Shown here: positions 1 to 8,512 of the stretch, piece by piece
How positions within the stretch are numbered: the stretch's first letter is position 1
Layout of the letters: each line of letters begins with the position of its first letter
Assembly: GCF_004765795.1 (NCBI RefSeq)
Contig: NZ_SBIV01000005.1
Coordinates: forward strand, 186,001-250,000
DNA length: 64,000 bases
Origin: Halorussus marinus
GTDB lineage: Archaea > Halobacteriota > Halobacteria > Halobacteriales > Haladaptataceae
Reading direction: 5' to 3'
Program-made: the position numbers and the translations under genes
The notes under the pieces: generated by a model
The model's input: the letters and a program-made list of their open reading frames with translations, nothing else
What the model was told of the DNA's origin: nothing
Databases searched by the model: none

Positions 1-479
1 CCGGGCCCGACGCCGGTCTCGTTGGCGAACCCGCGTTCGAGTTCGACTACGTATCGGGCGTCGCCGTCGCTCCGGTACCGATCGAGTTCACCCTCGTCTT
101 CCGGCCCGGGCGTCGCGTGCTCGACGTTCAACACCGTGCCGTCGGGCGCGACGAAGATGATGTCGAGGGCGACGAGCGTGTTTTTCATCCAGAACGAACG
201 TCGGTCGGCGCCGTCGTAGACGAACACCATGCCGTGGTGGTCCGGGAGCGACTCTCGGTTCATGAGCCCCTCGCGGCGCTCTGGCTTCGTGGCGGCGACT
301 TCGAGGCTCACCGTGACGTTCCCGCGGTCGGTGACGAAGGTTCCGGTGACGTTGCCGCCGTCGGTCGTCGTGGCCTCGGGGAGCGACGCCTCGCCCCCGA
401 ACGACTCGCCGATCCCGAGACCCAGACAGCCTCCAAGCACCACGAGCGCTCCGAGCGCGATCGCGCCGAGCAGTCTCAT
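1..479 (-). CDS. DUF192 family lipoprotein (runs off window edge)
   Basis: Manual translation from ATG 479: MRLLGAIALGALVVLGGC (lipobox-like) ... LEVAATKPERREGLM ... HGMVFVY ... SFWMKNTLVALDIIFV ... YVVELERG. Confidence 0.85.
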   Translation of the reverse strand, partial: MRLLGAIALGALVVLGGCLGLGIGESFGGEASLPEATTTDGGNVTGTFVTDRGNVTVSLEVAATKPERREGLMNRESLPDHHGMVFVYDGADRRSFWMKNTLVALDIIFVAPDGTVLNVEHATPGPEDEGELDRYRSDGDARYVVELERGFANETGVGP

Positions 480-516
480 ACCCACGAATTCGCCCGTGCG
501 ACCAAAAAACTGCACC

Positions 517-993
517 TCAAATCGCGACCAGCGCGAACCCGACGACCAGCGAGACGGTGACGAGCAGCTGGACCGCCGCGGAGCCGAGCACGCCCGCGGT
601 CGCGAACAGCCCGGCCCTGACGCTCCGGGTCGGCTCGCGAGTGCGGTAGAACTCGGCGAGAAACACCACGACGGTGACGCCGACGACGAGCCCCGCGGGG
701 CCGGCGACCACCGCGAGCGGGAGGCCGGCGACCGCGGCCAGCACGGTGGTCTTGGTCGAGGCGCCGCCCGCCTTCGCCGCGAACGCGCCGGCGAAGTGAT
801 CCGCGACCATCGCGCCGACGCCGACGAGCGTGAACGCGACCAGCGCGAGCGGGCCGGGTGTCGCGTACCCGGTCGACCACCAGTAGAGGTAGATTCCCAC
901 CAGCGATAGCCCCGCGCCGGGGACCATCGGGACGACGCTCCCGACCACGCCCGCGAGCAATAGCGCGACCGCCACGACGAGCAGGAAGTCCAT
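517..993 (-). CDS. DUF456 family membrane protein
   Basis: Hydrophobic 158 aa with GSVVPMVPG and AKAGGAS motifs. Confidence 0.8.
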   Translation of the reverse strand: MDFLLVVAVALLLAGVVGSVVPMVPGAGLSLVGIYLYWWSTGYATPGPLALVAFTLVGVGAMVADHFAGAFAAKAGGASTKTTVLAAVAGLPLAVVAGPAGLVVGVTVVVFLAEFYRTREPTRSVRAGLFATAGVLGSAAVQLLVTVSLVVGFALVAI

Positions 994-1048
994 GGTGTCA
1001 CGTAGGGGGTGGCGACCGTTAGCGGTTCCGCAAAACCGCCATCAATCA

Positions 1049-1078
1049 CGCATACGTTTGCGTTTTCGTTTACGCTAT
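1049..1078. repeat. 6-bp-phased hexamer array (CGTTTn-like), copy 1
   Basis: cgcata-cgtttg-cgtttt-cgttta-cgctat in tandem upstream of parA. Confidence 0.8.
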
Positions 1079-1129
1079 CAGAAACTATCAGCTTCCGCGG
1101 AGATGTCTGACGAAGGATTAAGTGAGGTG

Positions 1130-1151
1130 TTTGCGTTTGCGCAAACGCAAA
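1130..1151. promoter_or_regulatory. Perfect 22-bp palindrome built from the same hexamers, directly before the parA start
   Basis: tttgcgtttgc|gcaaacgcaaa, ending 2 bp before ATG 1154. Confidence 0.8.
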
Positions 1152-1153
1152 TC

Positions 1154-2041
1154 ATGTCTCGGTCCATTCGCGCCTGTACCTTCCTCGACAAGGGCGGCAC
1201 CGGGAAGACGACCACGGCGGCCCACCTCGGGGTCGCGCTCGCCGAACGCGGCAAAGACGTGTTGCTCGTGGATCTCGCGGGCAAGCAGGGCGACCTCGTC
1301 AAGCACTTCGGCCGCTGGGCGGCGGTCGAAGACCAGATCGCCGCCGAGGACGACTGGCCGAACATCTCGACGGTGTTCCAGGACCAGTGGGACGCCATCG
1401 CCGAGAAACTGGGCGAGGCCGCGGTCGAGGATCTGATCCTCGACACCGAGGAGGGCGTGGACCTGATCCCGGCCCACCCGGGACTCGACAGCCTCGACGC
1501 CGAACTGGGCAACGTCGACGACGCACAGGACCGCTACTCCCGGTTCGACGCGTTCCTCGACGAGTACATCGAACCGCTGGGCTACGACGCGATCCTCATC
1601 GACCTGCCGGGGCTGACCAACAACGTCAGCTACAACGGCCTCTGGGCCGCCCGGAACGTGATCGTCCCGGTCGAGATGGGACCGTTCGAGTCCGAGCAGG
1701 CCGAGGCGCTCCGGGCGGACCTCGACAAGATCGCGACCAACTTCGACGTGGACGTCGACCTCGCGATGGTGCTCCCGAACAAGGTCGACAGCCGGACGAA
1801 ACTCGCCGAGGAGTACCTCGACGCGTTCGCCGAGGCCTACCCCGACGCGGTCGCGCCGGCCCACGTCCCGGTGAGCCAGGACATCCGGAACGCGGCCGAT
1901 CGGGGCCAGACGGCGTTCGCCCTCGACGAGCCCTCGACCACGGCCGAGCGTGCCCGCGAGGCGTTCCTCGAAAACGCCGACGCGCTTCTCGAGCGCCTCG
2001 ACGCCGAGCCCGCGGCGCCCGTCGGGGGTGAGCGCGCGTGA
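1154..2041 (+). CDS. parA: ParA/Soj family ATPase
   Basis: Deviant Walker A DKGGTGKTT, ILIDLP Walker B, C-terminal PNKVDSRT; start MSRSIRAC. Confidence 0.9.
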   Translation: MSRSIRACTFLDKGGTGKTTTAAHLGVALAERGKDVLLVDLAGKQGDLVKHFGRWAAVEDQIAAEDDWPNISTVFQDQWDAIAEKLGEAAVEDLILDTEEGVDLIPAHPGLDSLDAELGNVDDAQDRYSRFDAFLDEYIEPLGYDAILIDLPGLTNNVSYNGLWAARNVIVPVEMGPFESEQAEALRADLDKIATNFDVDVDLAMVLPNKVDSRTKLAEEYLDAFAEAYPDAVAPAHVPVSQDIRNAADRGQTAFALDEPSTTAERAREAFLENADALLERLDAEPAAPVGGERA

Positions 2042-2424
2042 GCGACCCCGACCTCGAAGAGCTCCGCCAGCAGACCCAGCGCACCGACCGCCTCGACCAG
2101 TCGACGACCGTCGACGACGGCGATCTGGTCGAGGACCTCGTCGACGCGCTGGCGGCCATCGAGTCGGGCGAGCAGGCCAAGACGTTCGCGGCCCGCGACG
2201 AGTCGGTGACCGCGCTACTCACGATGCTGGCCGACCGCGAGGACGAACTCGCCGACGTCGGCACGTCGCTTCAGGAGGCGCTCGGCCGAGACGTCGACCC
2301 CGAGGCGCTCGATCGTAGCGAACTCGTCCGGCTCGCGGTCCGGCTCGGGCTCCGGGAGGCCGCCCCGGAGTACCTCGAACTGCTCGCCGACGCGTCGGCC
2401 GAACACGCCCGCCGCACCGTCTGA
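2038..2424 (+). CDS. Small helical acidic protein translationally coupled to ParA (candidate partition adaptor)
   Basis: GTGA overlap with the parA stop; 128 aa; C-terminal DRSELVRLAVRLGL helix resembling a ribbon-helix-helix domain. Confidence 0.75.
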   Translation: MSDPDLEELRQQTQRTDRLDQSTTVDDGDLVEDLVDALAAIESGEQAKTFAARDESVTALLTMLADREDELADVGTSLQEALGRDVDPEALDRSELVRLAVRLGLREAAPEYLELLADASAEHARRTV

Positions 2425-2507
2425 GTTCTCGACACCGTTCCCAGCCCCGCCCGCGCTCGTTTCTGATCGTCCGTCGGATCAACGCGCTTACAATCCGTCG
2501 CAACCAC

Positions 2508-2555
2508 TAAACGAAATCGTAAACGAGAACGCAAACACAAACGCAAACGCAAACG
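2508..2555. repeat. Hexamer array copy 2 (8 units of nAAACG, inverted relative to copy 1)
   Basis: taaacg-aaatcg-taaacg-agaacg-caaaca-caaacg-caaacg-caaacg. Confidence 0.9.
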
Positions 2556-2633
2556 AAAATAATTCTGGAAACGGATTCGTAAATACTGTTCCCCGCGATT
2601 AATAACCGATGACGGCGTATCGTTCGACGGCCG

Positions 2634-3020
2634 ATGACCGACGACCCGCCGAGCTTCGACATTCCTCGCCGCCCGGAGCGACGCTTCCCGCAGGAGGGCG
2701 GCGTCGAGTACGAGGGCGGGACGGTGTTTCAGCTCACGCCCGACGCCGAGCGCTCGAACGACGAGCTCGCGACGCTAGTCGAGCGGGTGCTGGGCGCCGA
2801 CCGGTACACGTACGGCGACTGGTTCGAGCTCCCCGCGCCGGTCTATCTGGTCCACGACGAGCGCCACGGGACGGCGTTCCGGGTCGTGGTCCGGTACGGC
2901 ACCGTGGAGTTTCACGTCCTGCCCGAGACGGCGTCGGCCGCCCTCGAAGCGCTCCACGGCCGGCTCCGGGACGCGAGCGACGTCGGCTGGCGGGTCGACT
3001 GCGAGACGTCGTCGGGCTGA
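2634..3020 (+). CDS. Hypothetical protein
   Basis: 128 aa acidic ORF with haloarchaeal codon bias. Confidence 0.7.
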   Translation: MTDDPPSFDIPRRPERRFPQEGGVEYEGGTVFQLTPDAERSNDELATLVERVLGADRYTYGDWFELPAPVYLVHDERHGTAFRVVVRYGTVEFHVLPETASAALEALHGRLRDASDVGWRVDCETSSG

Positions 3021-3063
3021 CCTCGCGGTACCTTTTTGTCGGCTCCCCGGCTGCTCAAACGTA

Positions 3064-3735
3064 ATGAGCCTCCCGACCACCGACGACGACTGCCAGCTCC
3101 GGACGGTCGACACCGAGTCGAACATGTGGGACCTCGCCGAGGAGTCGGACGTGTCGACGGCGCGGCGGGCGTACCCGAGCGGCTGGCTCTGGCTGACCGG
3201 GCAGGGGACGGTCACCGCGCTGGTCGATGCCCTCGCTGGGGCCGACTCCGACGCCAGATACGGCACCGACGACCTCGCGTCGATGGCCGACTGCGACCCC
3301 GACGCGGTCGACGAGGCGGTCGAGTCGCTCATCTCGCTCGGCGTGCTGATCGCCGAGGAGGGGACCTACCGGGTCAACGACTGCGGCGTGGTGTTCGACG
3401 CGGTCCGGGCCCTCTCGTCGGCCGTCGAGTCGACCGGCGCCCCCGACGACGAGTCGGGCCTCCGATATCTCGCGGACCGCGACGCGGTCCGGGTGATGGT
3501 CGACGCCCTGCTCGGCGCGAGCCCGGACCAGACGCTCACGCAGGAGGACATCCACCGCCTGACCGGCGTCTCGCGGAAGGCGGTGTGGGTACACGTCGAG
3601 AAACTGGTCGACCTCACGGTACTGCGCGCGACCGGCGACGAGTACGAACTCGTCACGGACAGCACGGTGCTCCGTCGAGTTCAGGCGCTCGACGCCGCGG
3701 TGGTCGGCGCGGCGCTGGCGCCGTCACACCCCTAG
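3064..3735 (+). CDS. Tandem winged-HTH DNA-binding protein
   Basis: Two repeats of SG(W/L)xxL...VDAL...HTH (DDLASMADCDPDAV and EDIHRLTGVSRKAV). Confidence 0.7.
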   Translation: MSLPTTDDDCQLRTVDTESNMWDLAEESDVSTARRAYPSGWLWLTGQGTVTALVDALAGADSDARYGTDDLASMADCDPDAVDEAVESLISLGVLIAEEGTYRVNDCGVVFDAVRALSSAVESTGAPDDESGLRYLADRDAVRVMVDALLGASPDQTLTQEDIHRLTGVSRKAVWVHVEKLVDLTVLRATGDEYELVTDSTVLRRVQALDAAVVGAALAPSHP

Positions 3736-4034
3736 TGTTCCGCGGGCGCCTGCTGGCCGTCCGGATCGACGTACTGGGCTTCCCACTCGCGGCGGGCCTC
3801 GATCTCCCGGGTCCCCCGGCGGGTGAGCGTGTAGTAGTTGGTGCGGCGGTCGCGCTGGCCCTTCTCGACGAACCCCTTGTCGACTAACGTGTCGAGGTTC
3901 GGGTAGAGTCGGCCGTGGTGAATCTCCTTCTCGTAGTAGGTTTCGAGTTCGTCTTTGATCGCGAGCCCGTGCGGTTCGTCCAACCCCGCGATGACGTACA
4001 GCAGGTCGCGCTGGAACCCTGTGAGGTCGTACAT
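3732..4034 (-). CDS. PadR family transcription regulator (RosR-like)
   Basis: MYDLTGFQRDLL...HGLAIK...IHHGRLYPNLDTLV. Confidence 0.9.
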   Translation of the reverse strand: MYDLTGFQRDLLYVIAGLDEPHGLAIKDELETYYEKEIHHGRLYPNLDTLVDKGFVEKGQRDRRTNYYTLTRRGTREIEARREWEAQYVDPDGQQAPAEH

Positions 4035-4136
4035 CGTTTCCCCTGCTACATGGAAGTCATCGAACCGACATAATACTGGTGGCCGTTTCGTTCCGCCGAA
4101 CGTGTCACGGCCGAACAACTCGAAAATCGCGGGACG

Positions 4137-4871
4137 CTATCGGCCCGGATCGGTTAAGCGTTCCATACTCACGGATTCGATCCAGACGTCGGCGACCGTC
4201 GAATCGCCCGACCGGTTCGCCCGAGGGATGCCGACGACCCGGACGGTCTCGCCCGTCGACACCGACCCGGCGAGATCGTGTTCGAGCAGTGCGGTCGTCG
4301 TCTCGTCGGGGCGGTCGGGATCGCGGAAGACGACCTCTTGGGCGTCGACGTACTCGCTTGCCTCCGGCGCGAACGAGAGGTAGCCGACCGAGTTACACCG
4401 CGGACACTTCTCGTGGGCGCGAAGCCGCCGGCCCGGTTGGGCGACGTGTTTGGTGACCGCCTCGCACTTGCCACATCGGAAGCCCGCCCGGATCACCTTG
4501 GGTCGGATCGGCGCCGTCTCGGCGACGATCCCCCGAAGCGTCCGGAGTTCGTTGAGGTGGTCGGCACCGAGGTCCGCGAGCGCGAGTTCGCTCTCGGCAG
4601 GGAGATCGGTGAGCCGCAGGTAGACATCTTCGAGGTCCCGGTTGTGGTCGTGGCCGGCCACGCGGCGGAGCGCCGCCTTCCCCGCGCACAACACCTCGTC
4701 GGGGTCGGCCAGCAGCGGCCGGACGAACTGGTAGTCGTGGCCCACACGGTCACAGCTCACCGACAGCGAGCGCCGGTCGGGGTACGCCGACACGAAGCGC
4801 CGCACGTCCGACCGGTCGCGGTACGCGTACTCGTACCACTTTTCGGTCAGGTCGCCGCTACGGGCTAACAT
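4137..4871 (-). CDS. MCM N-terminal-domain-only protein (Zn finger plus OB fold, no AAA+ domain)
   Basis: YPDRRSLSV, LGADHLNEL, FRCGKC...CPRC, SEYVDAQEV, DLAGSVSTGETVRVVGI; stops before the ATPase domain. Confidence 0.75.
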   Translation of the reverse strand: MLARSGDLTEKWYEYAYRDRSDVRRFVSAYPDRRSLSVSCDRVGHDYQFVRPLLADPDEVLCAGKAALRRVAGHDHNRDLEDVYLRLTDLPAESELALADLGADHLNELRTLRGIVAETAPIRPKVIRAGFRCGKCEAVTKHVAQPGRRLRAHEKCPRCNSVGYLSFAPEASEYVDAQEVVFRDPDRPDETTTALLEHDLAGSVSTGETVRVVGIPRANRSGDSTVADVWIESVSMERLTDPGR

Positions 4872-4985
4872 GAGAGGTCACACTCGCTTGGCGGTCTTTG
4901 TTACGCGCCACCTGTTCGGGCGCTCGCGGCGATAGCGCCGGCCTGAAGCCGGGGGCGCCGACGGAGACAGGCGTCCGACCGGACT

Positions 4986-5021
4986 CATTTTCGTTTACGT
5001 ATACGTTTACGAAAACGCATC
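4986..5021. repeat. Hexamer array copy 3
   Basis: catttt-cgttta-cgtata-cgttta-cgaaaa-cgcatc, CG every 6 bp. Confidence 0.75.
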
Positions 5022-5073
5022 CGTCTTCGGAATCGGTCTCGAAGCTTATCACGCCGACCGGCGTACGCCCGGT

Positions 5074-5397
5074 ATGGTCGAGAGTCCCTTCGACACCACG
5101 TTCCGGGTCGGCGAAGTGGTCGACGCCGAATCGTTCCCCGAGACGAACAAGCCCGAGATGGCGAAGCTCCGGATCGACCTCGGCGACGAGACGGTCGGGT
5201 CGGTCGCCCAGACGGGCTACAACTACGAGCCGGCCGACCTCGTCGGCCGGCAAGTGCTCTGTGCGACCGATCTGGGCTCGGTCCGGATCGCGGGGTTCGA
5301 ATCGGAGGTGCTGACCGTCGGCGTCCCCGACGCGGACGGCCACCCGGTGCTCGTCGGACCCGACGAGGCGGTTCCGGTCGGCGGGACGCTGTACTGA
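5074..5397 (+). CDS. csaA: CsaA / tRNA-binding OB-fold protein
   Basis: RVGEVVDAESFP...LVGRQVL...IAGFESEVLTVG. Confidence 0.85.
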   Translation: MVESPFDTTFRVGEVVDAESFPETNKPEMAKLRIDLGDETVGSVAQTGYNYEPADLVGRQVLCATDLGSVRIAGFESEVLTVGVPDADGHPVLVGPDEAVPVGGTLY

Positions 5398-5554
5398 CCT
5401 GTCACTCGCCGTAGGCGGGTCATCGGCGAGTCGGGAAGCGCGGCCGTGTGGCGAGCGACCGGCCAGTCGTCCCCGCCCGAACGTCGGCAATCGGGGTTAC
5501 GGGCCGGGTAGGACTCGCGTAACTCGGGGCGGGCCACCGCCACGCGGTGGGTGT

Positions 5555-6958
5555 TCACTCGGTCACGTCGTCGACGTCGCCCTCGCTCGCGCCGGCCTCT
5601 TGGGCCCAGACCGTCTTCGCGTTGACGAACTCCCGGATGCCGTGTCGGGAGAGCTCTCGACCGTACCCCGAGTCGCCCACGCCGCCGAACGGGAGCCGCG
5701 GGTCCGACTTGACCAGTTCGTTGACGAACGTCATCCCGGCTTCGAGGCGGTGGGCGACCCGCTTGCCCCGGTCGAGGTCGTCGGTCCAGACCGAGGCCCC
5801 GAGCCCGAGGTGGTGATCGTTGGCGAGTTCGACCGCCTCGTCCTCGTCGGCGACCTCGAACACCGCCGCCGCCGGGCCGAACACCTCCTCGGTCGCGGCC
5901 GGCGAGTCGCGGGGGACCTCGGTCAGCACGGTCGGCGGGTAGTAGAACCCCTCGCGGTCGAGCGGCTCGCCCCCCAGCTCGAGGGTCGCGCCCGCCTCGA
6001 CGGTGGCTTCGACCTGCTCGTGGACGCCCGCCATGAGGTCCTCGCGGGCCTGGGGCCCGAGGTCGGTGTCCTCGTCGGTCGGGTCGCCGACCGTCAGCGA
6101 CTCCATCTCGTCGACGAACCGGTCGACGAACTCGTCGTAGACGTCTGCGTGGACGACGAATCGCTTGGCCGCGATACACGACTGGCCCCCGTTGATGGTC
6201 CGGGCGACCGCGGCGGTCTCGGCCGCCCGATCGAGGTCGGCGTCCTCCAGCACGACGAACGGGTCCGAGCCGCCGAGTTCGAGCACCGACTTCTTGAGGT
6301 CCGCACCCGCGGTCTCGGCCACCGATCGGCCCGCGGCGGCGCTCCCGGTCAGCGTCACCGCGACCACGCGGTCGTCCTCGATCACGCCCTCGGCGCGCTC
6401 GGAGTCGACGAGCAACGACTGAAAGACCCCCGCGGGGTAGCCCGCTTTCTCGAACACGTCCTGGATCGCCTCGGCACACCCCGGCACGTTCGAGGCGTGC
6501 TTGAGCAGGCCGACGTTGCCCGCGGTGAGGTGGGGCGCGGCGAACCGGAACACCTGCCAGAACGGAAAGTTCCACGGCATCACCGCCAGAATCGGTCCCA
6601 GCGGCTCGTAGGAGACGTACGTCTCGGCGAACGGCTCGCTCCCCAGCCGCTCGTCTTGGAGGTGTTCGGCCGCGCGCTCGGCGTAGTAGTCACAGACCCA
6701 CGCGCACTTCTGGACCTCCGACCGGGCCGACGCGACGGGCTTTCCCATCTCGGTGGTCATCAGTTCGGCGTACTCGTCGACGTTCTCCCGGAGCACCTCG
6801 CCGGCGGCCGCGAGCAACTGCTGGCGCTCGCCGATCGGGACGGTCCGCCACTCCGCGAACGTCTCGACCGCGCGATCGAGGGCATCGTCAACGGCCTCGG
6901 CGTCGTCGTTCGCGACCGGGTCGAGCGCCTCGCCGGTCGCGGGGTTGATTCTGTCCAT
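5555..6958 (-). CDS. NAD(P)-dependent succinate-semialdehyde dehydrogenase family
   Basis: INPATG, MPWNFP, LELGGSDP, GQSCIAAKR, EEVFGP. Confidence 0.9.
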   Translation of the reverse strand: MDRINPATGEALDPVANDDAEAVDDALDRAVETFAEWRTVPIGERQQLLAAAGEVLRENVDEYAELMTTEMGKPVASARSEVQKCAWVCDYYAERAAEHLQDERLGSEPFAETYVSYEPLGPILAVMPWNFPFWQVFRFAAPHLTAGNVGLLKHASNVPGCAEAIQDVFEKAGYPAGVFQSLLVDSERAEGVIEDDRVVAVTLTGSAAAGRSVAETAGADLKKSVLELGGSDPFVVLEDADLDRAAETAAVARTINGGQSCIAAKRFVVHADVYDEFVDRFVDEMESLTVGDPTDEDTDLGPQAREDLMAGVHEQVEATVEAGATLELGGEPLDREGFYYPPTVLTEVPRDSPAATEEVFGPAAAVFEVADEDEAVELANDHHLGLGASVWTDDLDRGKRVAHRLEAGMTFVNELVKSDPRLPFGGVGDSGYGRELSRHGIREFVNAKTVWAQEAGASEGDVDDVTE

Positions 6959-7116
6959 GAGCCACGGTGGTACGCCTCCCGCCGGCTTGTAGCTTCGGGG
7001 CGGGACGCCGACAAACCCCGCCGAGGGCGCCCGAACGACCCCGGTAACGACGCGTTTCGGCTCGTGGGTTTTTGTCGCTGGACGCGGTACTCCGGCCAAC
7101 GGGGACGGGGACGTAG

Positions 7117-8379
7117 ATGAACGTCTTGGAGAGCTTTCGAATCAGTTGGCGCAACATCCGCGAGCACAAACTCCGCTCGACGCTGACCACGCTCGGGGTC
7201 ATCATCGGCGTCGCGGCCGTCATCACGTTCGTCACGCTGGGGGCGAGCCTCCAGCAGGACATCGTGAGCACCGTCGCCGGCGGGAACGCCGCGACGATGT
7301 ACGTGAGCGCCCAGTCGCCCGGCGACAGTCAGGTGCCCTCGCTCGGGGGCGCCGGACAGGTAGTGTTCACCGAACACGACGTCGAACGGATCTCGTCGCT
7401 CGACGGCGTCGCCGTCGCGGTCCCGGAGAGCGGCATCGCGGCCGCCTCGATGAGCTACAACAACTCCTCGGTCGCCCGCCAGTGGGTGACGGTCACCTCG
7501 CCGGGCTACTTCCGGGTCCGGGGCCTCGACTTCGTCGCGGGCCGGCCGTTCAGGCAGGGCGAGCGCGAGGTCGTTTTGAACCGCCCCGCCGCCCGGATGT
7601 TCGGCGGCGGCAACGTCTCGGTCGGCGAGAACGTCAGCTTCACGCGCGCCGCCAACGGCGAAGTGCTCAACGCGACCGTGGCCGGGATCATCGAGCCGAC
7701 CGGCGGCGGGAGCGTGCTCGGAATTCAACAGGGGCCCCAGCCCCAGATCTTCGCGCCGAGCGATCCCTACTACATCCGGACGGCGTACAGCCCGAACGTC
7801 CGCGACCAACAGCAGGTGTTCGGCCGGATCCTCGTGATGGCCGACTCGACGCGACGCGTCGAGGCCGTTCAGGGACGCGTGTACAGCTACCTCGGCCAGA
7901 GCTCCGACGCCCGGAGCCACAAGCCCGACACCTACGAGTTCCGAGTCACGACACAGGACCAGATCATCAAGCAGGTCGAACAGCTCACCAGCACCTTCAC
8001 CGCCTACATCACCGGGATCGCGCTCATTTCGCTGATCGTCGGCTCGATCGGGATCGCCAACATCATGCTGGTGAGCGTGACCGAGCGGACCCGCGAGATC
8101 GGGATCATGAAGGCGGTCGGCGCCCAGAAGCGCGACGTCCTCCAGCTGTTCTTGCTGGAGGCGGTGTTGCTCGGCGTGCTCGGGTCCGCGCTCGGGGCGG
8201 CGGTCGGCCTCCTCGGCGGGTATCTGGGCGCGCGCGCCATCGGACTGCCGCTGTCGTTCCAGCCGGTGTGGTTCGCGGCGGCCGTCCTCGTCGGCATCGT
8301 CGTCGGCGTGCTCGCCGGGCTCTACCCCGCGTGGGACGCCTCGAAAACAGACCCAATCGACGCGCTCCGCTACGAGTGA
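7117..8379 (+). CDS. MacB/FtsX-type ABC transporter permease
   Basis: RSTLTTLGVIIG, GIANIMLVSVTERTREIG, DPIDALRYE. Confidence 0.92.
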   Translation: MNVLESFRISWRNIREHKLRSTLTTLGVIIGVAAVITFVTLGASLQQDIVSTVAGGNAATMYVSAQSPGDSQVPSLGGAGQVVFTEHDVERISSLDGVAVAVPESGIAAASMSYNNSSVARQWVTVTSPGYFRVRGLDFVAGRPFRQGEREVVLNRPAARMFGGGNVSVGENVSFTRAANGEVLNATVAGIIEPTGGGSVLGIQQGPQPQIFAPSDPYYIRTAYSPNVRDQQQVFGRILVMADSTRRVEAVQGRVYSYLGQSSDARSHKPDTYEFRVTTQDQIIKQVEQLTSTFTAYITGIALISLIVGSIGIANIMLVSVTERTREIGIMKAVGAQKRDVLQLFLLEAVLLGVLGSALGAAVGLLGGYLGARAIGLPLSFQPVWFAAAVLVGIVVGVLAGLYPAWDASKTDPIDALRYE

Positions 8380-8512
8380 CCCGACCCCGAACGGTCACCA
8401 ACCGTTTACGACGCGACGCCGAACGGTCGGCGTAACCACTGGATAACAAAGACCGGCCGCGACCAATCGCCACCGAGAGCGCGCGTCCGACTCGGACGCA
8501 GGACCACCTCCC

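Noticed and set aside
2508..2555. Hexamer array as a simple microsatellite or peptide ORF (MRLRLCLRSR...)
   Set aside because: The ORF is a by-product of the repeat. Degenerate units recurring at several intergenic sites in both orientations fit binding sites better than slippage.
4035..4137. Frameshifted continuation of MCM into an AAA+ domain
   Set aside because: Only ~100 bp separate the stop from the PadR gene, and no Walker motifs follow.
1000..5050. Intact integrated plasmid or provirus
   Set aside because: No integrase, tRNA attachment site, terminal direct repeats or clear GC shift seen.
5600..7120. Long antisense and alternate-frame ORFs (also 52156-53934, 59647-61002 and others)
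   Set aside because: Shadow ORFs of high-GC genes; they overlap well-supported CDSs and lack motifs.
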